NCBI RefSeq assembly: GCF_964204645.1
Contig: NC_134032.1
Location: 6,126,275-6,190,274 of the forward strand
Origin: Tubulanus polymorphus
Lineage: Eukaryota > Animalia > Nemertea
Direction of reading: 5' to 3'
Length of the DNA: 64,000 nt
The position numbers and the translations under genes are program-made. The notes under the pieces are model-generated. The model searched no databases. It had not been told where the DNA came from and saw only the letters and a list, made by a program, of their open reading frames with translations. This document shows, in pieces, positions 26,301-38,300 of this stretch; the stretch's first letter is position 1; the number at the start of each line of letters is the position of its first letter.

Positions 26301-29300
26301 ATTCACGACATTAGTTACTAATGCATTATTAGCTTTTGATCTCAATTTATTTTGATTTTCTGTTTGAATCCCTTGAAATATAATATTTTTTCTATTCTCT
26401 TAACAAAAAATAAAATTAACAAAAAATCATTATAATGCGCAAATAAATTATAATAATCATCTAATGTAAAAACAGTTTCCGGTCCAATTTTCAGGGTTTT
26501 CTGTTTCTCCGTAGAAAACCCTATTGATATTCGCGTGATTTATTCTTTTTTTCCCCTTTTCAACACTATTTTCGTCGAAAGTACATAGGATTTTTTACCT
26601 AACCGGTGTTTCCGATACAATGCGTATAATATCCTTTAGCTCAATTCGATCTACAAATACTCCATCGTTAATTTGATGAATCGACGTTTTAAAAGCACAG
26701 TCGGCCCGTAAACATCGAAAATTGGGCCCCATTCAATGAGGTTTTCAATGAAGTTTTTTCTGAGTCGTCATCCCGAAATCCACCGTAGGCTGCTCGTCAC
26801 TTCGATTATCAATTCAAGTATAGATCAACAAATTTATTACCGCAAGACTTCATATTCAGCCGCGGTCTTCAAACAGTAATTTTAACAATTACCCATTTTC
26901 TTCTTCAGTACACTCTACCGATCCATAGGATATTCATCAACATCATCAGTTACATCAGCAAGCGCCGCTGCGCCAAGACGTTGTGTACTTTATTTCTCCA
27001 CTGCTCACGATCAGTAGTAATTTGTTTTAGGATTTCAATATCTTATGTTCTAGTTTATGTTCTTATGTTGAGGTTTATGCCAATCGTAGAAATATCTTGT
27101 TTAATGTTTGACAGCCAGGTTTTACGGGGTCGTCCTCCCGGACTTTCAGTTGGTCTCAATGACTCTGGTAGTTCTTTACGTACTGGTGTTTCGGATGGTA
27201 GGCGCATCCGATGTACAAGCCAAGTTAGCCGTCTTCTGGTTATGATTTCACTCCAGGGCACAGTATCTGTTCTTTTATTCATTGCTTTGTTGTTAATAAT
27301 TTTCGGCAACGTTAGTCCTAGTATTCTTCTTAGCAGATATCTCTGGAAAGAATCAATCTTGATTTCTAGAGTTACGGTAAGAGTCCATATTTCGCTGTTA
27401 TACAGAAATATACTACTGAGATAGGCATTAAAAGTTCGGATTTTCGTTTCGATGCTAACTGTTCTATATTTAAAAATATCTATTAGGGTGTTATACGCCT
27501 AGAAATGGTATGTTCATCCGTTTTCGTCTCGTTGGTTTCTATAGCTCTAAGTTTTGAAATTGAAGGTACAGTTTGTTTAACATTATCAATTCATCTGTGT
27601 TTAGCCGTAGTTGCCCAGTTAAATCATCCGCATATTTAGGCTCTATTCCAAAGAATTCTTCCTCTGATATAGTAATTATGATCTCGTAGCTCTTTTACGC
27701 AGGTGTCTGTTGGTTTCTTGCAGTAGCTATGATCAGTGTAATTGTCTTCAGGGTTGAGTGTAATTGCTAGGTAGAAAATGAAGAGCACAGCGCTGAGGCA
27801 GTCACCTAGTGGGATACTTTTCTTGGTGATGAAACTTTGCCCTGTTGTATTTCCGATTCGTATTTGTAGGCTGACGTCTGTAATCAGGATGTGAAACTCG
27901 TCTGGATTTGGTATTTGGTAGAGATCTTCTAGAAGTTTGTTTCTGTCGTTAATTCCGTCTACTGTGTCAAACGCTTTGCTCATATCAAGCATAAGAAGAT
28001 AGACATTGTATCCTTCTGATGCAATCGCTTTCTCGAAAGTAGTTTTAGTGCAGCTACTTGCTCTGTGGTGCTTCTTCCTGGTTGATAGGCACTCTGATCG
28101 GTAGGTATTCTTGAGAGCTGTCATTCCCAGTATCTATTTATCCTGCATATTGCAAGTATCTTGCGAAGTATGGACAACAATATTATGGGTCTGAGGTTTG
28201 TTGCTGGACCTTACTTTTTTCCAGGTTTTTGAAGTGGTGTTAGGATACCTTGTTTGATCTGTTCTGGGTATGATCCTGTGTCTGCAATGATGTTCAATAT
28301 AGTTGCGAAATCTTCGTGTATCTTCGAGTGGGCGAATTTCAGATATTTTGCTTTCAATTAATCTGTACCAGCACTTTTGTTGTTTTTTAAGGATTTTATG
28401 GCTTTTTGTATATCTTCTTTGGTGAAAGGTGTAGTTAGTCTAGTTGGATTTGTAGATATTTCAGTTCGTCCTATCAAAGATTGATTGAATGTGTTTTGTT
28501 GTTATTCTTATCTTTTCTTCTTCGCTTCCCAGATATTCATTGTTTTAATTCAATACGAGTAGTTGTACGTTTGGTTTTTTTTCCTGTTAATTAGACGGAC
28601 AGCTCGGTGGTATCTGGTGGAGTCAGCTTTTTCGGTCTCAATTTCCTTCAATTCTTGTTCTATATTTTCTATATTTTAACTTTAGTAATTTCAGTTCTGA
28701 TTTCTTTTTTGAGTATATTACTTTGTTGATTTAGTTCTCGCCTTCGTTCTTTGTTTTTTTTGTTGATTCGATTGTCTTCCTTTAATCATGCCTTTGTCCT
28801 CAGCGACGTCATTTTTGACTGTTTTGGATTTTGCCTTTTTCAATGGCGTTTTTCTCTCCAGCAAGATGATTCGATGTTATCGCAGATGTTTTGGGGTGAT
28901 GAGTCCATATTTCTCCAGCGTTTTTCAGTTTTGTTTGATGAAGCAACGTGTTTGATGAAGCATCGTCGTTCCGCGGATCCACTGCGAGTTTCTCCTCACC
29001 ACGAGAATCAAATCAAGTACAAATAAATTTATTACTCTCAGCAATTTTGCCGTGGGCTTCAAACGGTTAGTTTAACAATATTCTAATTTCTTTTACCATA
29101 TGTCCCGGATATTTACTGCGAAAAATCATTAAAGTACCGGCGAGTCGTAGGTCTAAACTTAACACGCCGAACTGATGCAGTGGAGAAAAGCTGTTGTGTT
29201 GACGAGGTATAGAATCTGGGCGGAGAAATGCTGTTGCGGTGACAAGGTATCAAAATAAATGAATTCATTATTACCAGTGATTCGGCTGTGGGCTTCAACC

Positions 29301-32300
29301 ATTTGTCAATATTCTATTTTTCTACAGTGCATACCGGTCCTTACTAAATCCACAGGATATTGATAAATACCTGTATATAACACATTCTCATCCGTAAGCT
29401 GGACTCACGCTTGATATTCAGAGTAAGGGAGCATCTCAAAAATTTCTATAACAAAGTTCCGTCAATTTGAAGAACTGTCTGATTGGTTTTAACTGGAACT
29501 ATTGATTTTCTAATGGGAAACCACAGACAAATATAAGACATCTCTGTTAATAGTGGGATTTTATCTTATTATCTCAGGAGTGTATTTTGATCACAACTTT
29601 TAATTGAAACTCTAATAGACTTTATAAACAAAGTAAAATACATCTAAAATTCCAACAGCATCTAAAAGAGACACGGTAAAATCAACTGCGTGTAACATAT
29701 TTGAAACTGCAATTCAATTCAAAGTTATTCTTGCACCGCAATAAATCAATAGTTCGGCAGTCATGATTTATTCGCAGGAGGCCTTAACCCCACCACACCC
29801 CCACCCCCTCCCGCGAGTTATTCTATTTGAAGTAACAATCGAAATTTTGAGATGCTCCCTAAGTGTTTTCGATGCCGCGGGTGATGATATGACGTCGTTT
29901 CTAGGCCGCTTTAAGTGTTTATTGAGTTGTACGCGACCTTTAGGCATACTGTGCTCTTCAAACAAACGCAAAATAATTGCTGTGATTATTTGGACGCATT
30001 GATTTAACTTCAAACAAAATTTGTGGTAAAAAATCCGGCTACAAAAGATTTAGGGATTATGAAGAAACAATCGTTTCTTAATAATCTGAAAAATAAAATT
30101 GATTTTACGAATCGAATACCAGAGCTACCCTTGTTAAATAAGGTGTAGGAATACGATGTTTAGGAGGGTTGAATAGCAATAGGCCTAAGCGCCTTCTGTC
30201 AGGCCTACGCGCACACGTAGGCCTACATATGAAGATTTTTTTAAAGCTGTTATAGCATCGTCTGAGCTGTGTTTCGTTCGAACCAAAAATATTTTGTTCG
30301 ATCAAACAAAACATTTTATCTTATTTCCAAGATAAAACAGTTCCGTCGATTTCGGTCACCTTTTTTGTTCGTCGAAAAATGCTGAGCCATTTAAGCGACC
30401 CCTGATCATTGATGCCATTTCCTAACAGCTTGTTTAGTAATCGCTAATGTAGTACCTTATCAAATGCTTTTTTTGAAATCTATAAAGACTGATTAAGACC
30501 TAACAATCGATTTTCAAAAGTCAAAAAACAATCTGGTCCAATCATCCATGGTTTCAATTAAGCCTGATTGACTGTATGTATCCCTTCCTTTTATAAAACG
30601 GTGTTGACTGTTGAACAGGATTCTGAATTCCCTTCAATTTCATATATAGTAGCGCTGCGGCAGCATACACGCATTCGTTGGTCGGCACATTATCCAGACA
30701 AGATCAAGAATACGAACAAGGCTGTGCAGAAACCCCGTAATCGCTGCTTTGCTGCTATATTTATAGTTATTTTTGTATCAAATATCTACCAACGTTATTA
30801 TTACGAACGCAACATTATTATTATTATTTCCAGTTAATTCTATATCATCGGATGAATACATACTATTTGGAACATAAAATGATTTTGATTTAATCGAGGA
30901 ATTCTAACATCAAAAGTTTCAGATTAGCATTACTAGGATTATGAGTAATTATATGATGACAATGTTCTGCTTTAATTGCGTTAGATATTCTAGATTTATT
31001 TGAAGGTCTATATATTTCCCATACACCAATTATTAAGAAAAAAATTATTTTCTTATTTTGATCATATTTACTAATCCAAAAATAATAGCACTTACAACTG
31101 TAATAAAGAATAATATCATATATGCTGCAACAAAACTAATAATATATACAGCAGATTTCAATATAAAACTTACAATTGACGCTATAAATCCAGGTAAAGC
31201 TGCAGCAGATTTTTTAGATAGTTCCAATAAATATTTTGATAATTTTTTGTATATTAGGTTTTTTGAGGGTTATGTGTAGATTTTAATGGATTTGATATAC
31301 TCAATCATATTGTTGTAAAAATAATTGTTAAAGCTGTTAAAACTGAAAGATATAGTAAAACCTTCTGATTGAAATAATGATTTTATTCTATCTTACAATG
31401 ATATTTCAGAATTTGGTTTCATTAACAAATCGTTAATTATAACTTTTAATCTATTGACACAATAATCATATGATTTTAATAAAAATTTGTTATCACCTTT
31501 CTGTAATTCTAAATTATATTTTAAATCATTAATTTCTTTTTCCAAAAGTATTTCTTTTCGTTAATATTCCATTTCATCATTTACTTGATGATCTAAATCA
31601 GATTAATTGTTTTAATTCTTTATTTGATTTAACTAATTCATCTTGTGAAGTCATAATTCTTTTATCTCTTTTCCTTTTATTTTGTGCAATATTATTAACT
31701 TCATTTCTAATACTATTAATTTCTCTAATTGCTTCACCAGAAAGAATATTAAAATCTTCTAATTCTTTATCTGTTACATCAAGTGATCAGTTTGAACCAT
31801 CTCTGATTTAAGTTTACTGGTTTTCGAATTAATAACTTCTTCAGGAATTGTTTCTGATTCTAAATTTCCATCAATTATATTCAAAAATCATCACTTCTTC
31901 GATTTAATATTCTTTTATTTTGATTTACTTCTTGTTCCGTAACATCAGTTTTATCATCATTATTATTTATCTTTTTAATTCTAGGTTGTTCTAATTTAGC
32001 CAAAGTTGATTTTTTTACTATTTTATCAAGACTTTTATTAGAAGATATCTTGGAATAATAGTCATCTATCAAATGCCAATAATAATTACCATTTAAATAT
32101 TTCAAATTTGGGGCTAAATATTCTTGTATGTTCTTTATAAACAAATCCAACAGAATCAGGTATTGGTAAATTAGTATCAGCATCATTAAAACTTGTGTCA
32201 TTTGAATAACTTTTAACACCGGGTTGTTATTCATCAGGTGTCTTAGATTCATCGAAAGTATCCATTTCAATATTTTATTTACCTGTCATTTATATGATGA

Positions 32301-35300
32301 AAAAAAAATTAATATTAAAAATATGATATTCCACCAATTACAATTCCAATACAAGATATAGCTAATCTAATATTTCCATGCGATTTATTGTCATTATTAC
32401 TTTCAATTATTTCATGTTGAATATCATCAGTTTTTATATATTCTGATGTATTATAATTAGGGTTTCTGCTGCTTCGCAAAAAACCCTCTTGCAATTCTCG
32501 TGATTATTACCTTTTCCACTTTCCAGACAAACATTTTTTATAAAATGTATTTCCTCTCAGATTCGACTGCTGATAGCTTATAAACGTAATTTCCAATTCT
32601 CACAGAAATATAACTCAGCGTCTGACCATTTCGAATTTGCATATGGTATTCTATTATGAATTAATCCCGTGTTATTGCCGGGTCTAAACAGCGACAAGAA
32701 TAACGCAAAGCATTGTCATCCATTGATAAAAGTACATCCCGAAAAGCCTACAAATTTTTGGACGAACTCGACCGTCAAACTCAACCGTAAATCGCGAATT
32801 CAGACTCACAACTAGTCCGGATCCGTCATTCACCGCGAAAAATATACAGCCGGTGCGCAAAAAGTGTCTTATTAATAAAACAACATGAGGGATGGTTGAA
32901 ATAAATTTCTGCTTAAATTTATCGCGAGTTTTTGGACTTTAATGAATTTTATCGAAACTCTGATCCCTAAAATGAATCAATTAATTTATTCTATTCGTAC
33001 ATCAATTTACGTTGGCCTCATTTCCTGAAGATCAACGTAATATGGACAGAAATGGTAGGGATTTTCATATGGAATTTCACTTCCGCGTTCACTTGACTCG
33101 GAGCGATGACAATGACAGCAGAGTTAAAGTAATTTAAGGTGAGAATCCATTAACCAGGGAATGTTAGACATGATTTCTTGGTCTTACTGCAGTTAAGGCC
33201 ACCTTTCCACTGGGTGGTGCTATGATATGTGGTAGCAAATCAGTTCTCGACGAAGCACTGATCATTGTTGGCTACTTACTTAATGCCAATCTTTTTTGGG
33301 GATACGCATAGCATAGATTAGGGAGGGCCCTTAATGTAGTGTGTAGAGCCAGTGGTAGACCTAAGTAGTTAGTAAGGGGCTGGTTTACATTCATGTATAC
33401 GACTATTTATTTCGATTACTTTCTTGCCAGATATTATTCGTGGAATGAACTGGTCACTACGGTCTTCATTTGCGGATTCTTGCAGCTCGTGGGAATATAT
33501 TTAAACCACAGTGCGCAAGTGTACGTTTCAAATCAAGCTTTTACGAAGCCGTAACTTATGCGCAACTGTCTCAGATACTGTAAGTACTTGAGATTTTATG
33601 TTATTGTTTTTCTAATGCCATGTTTAAAATATTTGAATTAGTTATCAGTCGTACTAACGTACATACAGAATTGGATTCATTGTTATTATGAGATAATAAT
33701 TCATGGACATCAAGAGTCCTACGATATACCCTTGATATGAAGCTTTTTAAAGTTTATCATAGACTTGTTTTGGAGAAAACCGAATTAATACCAATTCCAC
33801 ATGGCTTAATGGTCGGTGTCTGTGCTCTGCGAGAGGTAATAGATTTTTCACGACGAACGCACGATTAAAATTTTAGATTTAAATTGGTCTCCTGCGATAT
33901 CTATCATACTTTCTTTCGCTCCTCTGTTATACTACATAACTGAGTAATTCTTACATTTGATTGCTTAATTACAGGTGGAAAGAGGTCAGATGGCATGAAA
34001 ACCGAATTTGGCTGGCCAATTGGCGCGAGTAGATAAAGCGATGAGGTTTCAAAAGGTGTAGCCAAATGCTTGTATCATCAGGGGTAGACAAATTATCCGC
34101 AGATAAAAGAAAACTTCACCTTATTGATCTTCAGTTGATTTTGCTGTAATTATTCGCCTGGATAAATCAACAAACACATCCTAATTTCAAAATCTATGTT
34201 CAGTACAATTTCTTTTAATAAAATGAAAATTCATTTGGCTAATTTTAATGTATTTAAGATTGAATTTGAATTGATCTTAAAACTAGAGCAGAAAGCATTC
34301 AGCAATTTCGAAAATCCTAGACTCATAATCAAATTCTGTGAGTCAGTTAAGCTCGAATCAAGTTGAGGACTAAGGTGCCTAAAATTCAACTCCTCGATGT
34401 CCCTGTAAAGCCGAGTACGATGGAGTTTACACAATGAAAAACGTTGGACTGTGTAAGTGATACTTTCAAACGAGAAAATGGAGAACCTACGTAGGCAATC
34501 GATACACGTTATGCATATTCTTTTTTTAACTCCTTTATTTGTGAAGAGAAAGCTGTTACTAGTTGTTCCCCACGTTGATTCCGTGTGATTAAAAAAACGT
34601 ATTATCGGTACGGTACTAGACGTAGGCTTCTGTCAAAATAGTTTTTAAGGAACCGTGGTACATGTTTGGTCGTAGCACATTTCACGTTTGCAGCTATCTA
34701 AAACTACATACGGCCCAACCTAGAGTGAAAAGTCAATTAACCTCGATAACCGGTGTTTGCCCCGGTGCCGATCTCTTTGTCCGACTACGTTCCGACTGCA
34801 GCAGGGGACTGGCAGCAAGTGAACGATATCAGAGAAAAAGATTGTCAGATAAAATTGCGATTCGACACTGGGTATCCCAGCGGGAAAACCCGGTTACCAT
34901 TTATAGGGATAATGAAGAAATTCCGTGTTTTTTAAAAAATTCCGCGATTCCGTCATTCCGCGATATGACAACACCGACCTAACACGGTGGGGGATTTCCT
35001 TCGATAATCGGCTCGGATGTTCTGGCACACCTGTACTGGGATACCCCTCCGTTCTAAAGATTATTTCAAAAGTTAGGTTGGGTATGAGGGGCGAAGACCA
35101 TTAATCAATGCTTAGCTAAGATGCTGGCCTATATGAGCCGTAAGCAGGATTTCCCCTGAATTTACGCGACCATATGAACTTAACTCTTGAATTTCTTATT
35201 TTTACTATATGATATAGAAGATTTTGGAAAAGTGGAATAATCTGAGCTCAAACTGGACGTCAAGTGGCGTCAGTGTCTGACTTTGTCAGTAAGTCAGATT

Positions 35301-38300
35301 CGGTTAAAAGGACACTTCGAAGGATCCACATTTACGCGTTCATCAAAGGGACGTCCATCGGGCGCCTTCGGCGCCGGGGGTCTGTCTGATATTTTATTTT
35401 GAAGATTTTTTTAATTGAAAAAAGTAGAAATAAACACTCGCCTCTCTGAACACTTTTGAGAAACCAGTGTTATAAACACGGGTTCAATTTTGAATGCCCT
35501 AATACAACCACGATATCACCCTTCGATCTACACGTTCTGCACACATGTGTATAAGTAGAACGATTAGAATAAATAAATTCTCAATGCACTTATACATACC
35601 TTCATATTGTCGTGCTTGGCAGTAGTCCACATGAAGTCTTTACTGGCGCGCCCTTTTCCCAACACTACAAGAGTTTTTCCCCACATTGCAAACTTCTGAG
35701 ATTTTTCGCACATCATTTCGATCAGCGGAATAACCGATGTACCAGGATGTAAGTTTGTATTGATGAGCTCGTAAGCCAGGAAGCTGGATAGACTGCGACG
35801 GCTTTTGACTCCGATTCCTATTGGAACGTACTGACCTTCCTGATTAGTCAAAACGTAATCGACGACTAAAAGTTAAAAAAACGAAATTTACGTACTGGAC
35901 AGCTGCACATTATAATGTTCGGTCGATCCACCCATGAACTCATCCATTTTTCGACTACGCCCCTTCCAAAAATCGTTGATGAAAAATGCATAGGTTGGTT
36001 GAAATACTTCTTCAGAGTTTATGAATAAAAATGCTGATATAGAGATGGGTTTTCGCTTAACTAACGGATGTATAGTTAGGTTTTACGCCCAACGTCTGTA
36101 TATATTAATAATCCGATGCCATCTCCGAGAGAAAGAACACATAAGTATTCCATTTTGGTTCCTATATACTATTATTTCATTTGACTGACTTATTTGCGAG
36201 GGGAGACTAGGTGTTAGGTCTCTCCCCGGAGCCCTGATGGTTAGTAACTGCCGAGGTAAACTACATGACTCAGTACTCATACTGTACTGCGTAACTAAAT
36301 ATGGTCAGCTATAGGAGTACTGGCTACTCTAGAGGTCTATTTAAAGCTGAAGAGGAATTATGTTTAAACATGCACTGATGATTATATAATCATAGCTCAA
36401 CTCTGTATCATATGCCCCACCTTCCATTTGATTCGGCCCTGAATCAAGCATATGCCAAGACCGGGAACCAATGACTCATAAACCAAACCTCGATCACTCA
36501 GGGAAACGATCCCTAACCCCCGTAAAACTTTAAAAATAAAGTCCCAGCGGCTGCCATTTCAATGATCTAGACCAGCAATGGACACGTGAGAGTTCCTGCA
36601 AAATTCTACGGAATCAAATAGTAGAGAAAAACTTCCACGATATTCTTTTCTTAGACGTGCATTTTAAATGCTAAAATTTATATGAAATTAAGTTGCCTTG
36701 AAATTTGGGAAAATTAATTTTAAATTATATTCTTTGAATAACCTTAGCGACACCCGAAAGTAATAAGTGAGTGATCAATATGATCTACATTTAAGTTATG
36801 ATATACAAGTTTCTCTTTGCTGCACTTGTCACTTAATCAAGTAATCTGGCCCACAAAAATAAGTTAAACTAACAGCAATGTAGCTGATGACACTACGGTT
36901 TTCGTAGACAAGCTATATAATTTCCTTTTTTACAATTCTTAAGTATACAATTATTAAAATGATAGCATTATAAAGTAGTGCAATTGTTGCGCAACCTATA
37001 TATACGTATCTATATATTAATTTGGGGCCAAAATTCATTAACAGCTTTATTCATGCGACAAGATATAAATTAATTATCACTTAGTTGATAGCATAACAGT
37101 GTAGGGCAGTCCCTCTTCATTTAGAGCATCTTAGATCCATTGTCAGCTGTCTACTCAATTTTCGAAACTTATGACTACCATGTGTCCAATTTTAATATTT
37201 TAAATAGATTCAATTAAAAAAAACATTAAAATTGAATAAGCTAGTGTTGCTTAATAATCTTATTGTTTTTCTAATGTTTTTCTTATATTTCTTATTGATA
37301 CTAAATTTCTTTACATTTGACTAAAATAATATTAGAAAAACTTTACCTAAGAAATTTTATATCATATATGAATAAATTAAAAAATAAATTATTCCTGAGA
37401 CTTAAATTCAAAAGATAAAGCATGATATGTATTTAATACCATTAATACGTATTTATTACATTAATACGCATTTAATACATTAATACGTATTTAATACGTA
37501 TTTAATACATTAATACCTCAAGGCCCTTTTTTAACATCAATATAATTTTTAAAATATTTTTCATTTTCTTATTGTCTATTGTCTATATTTTCTTATTGCC
37601 TTATTCTCAATTTGAATTATATAATTTATGAATATACAACACTGAATATAAATTTATAAAATATGATAAAATTATTATTTGAAATATTATAGAATTTAGA
37701 ATGTGTATGAATGGATGAGTGGATGAATTGGAAGAATTGGAAGACTCGTCCATTCATCCATTCATCCAATTCATCCTCTCATCCATCAATATATAAATAG
37801 AAATTGATCTTTTTCATTATCAAACTTAATTTGAATTATGTAATTTATCATTAAGCTCATAAATATATATATGATTTCTTAATGATTTTTCATTTTTATA
37901 TCTTTTATTGCATATTTCACAGCATTTAATATTATTAATTCTATCTGAAATATAATCAATGTTTTCTTTTAATTCAGCGTATCTAATTTTGCAATTATCA
38001 TAGAATTCGAACAACTGTTTCAAACTATAAACTGAAAATGAAACTAATCCTGTAAGCATAATAATTGATTTAATATTCTGTTGATTTTTATATATTAGAT
38101 GTAATATTTCTAATACCTTACTCTCGCTCATTTTTATAGTTAAATATATATAAAATAAATTAAAAGATGCTATTTTAATCCTCTAAATCATTTTTATAGA
38201 TTATTTTTTTTATTGTTATTTTTTCTGTGATTGTTTCCATTTAATTTCTTTAATTTCCTGCTCAATTTTATATTTTCATTCATCAAATCTTTACTAATAT

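Larger units (their letters stand above)
25491..31027 (-). pseudogene. Polinton-like major capsid protein (predicted double jelly-roll), split by an insertion at about 26490-30762
   Basis: 5' part (31027-30763): AIKAEHCHHIITHNPSNAN..PRLNQN..NNVGRYL. 3' part (26489-25491): KIGPETV..YNLFAHYND, QGIQTENQNKLRS, YKIPLD, YKLSNICLEYDTV, RRSIKGIL, KVEITIEG, HGSG..ENTKDGIQL, IIADAQL..IQY*. Recognised from memory of invertebrate Polinton capsid sequences. Confidence 0.72.
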
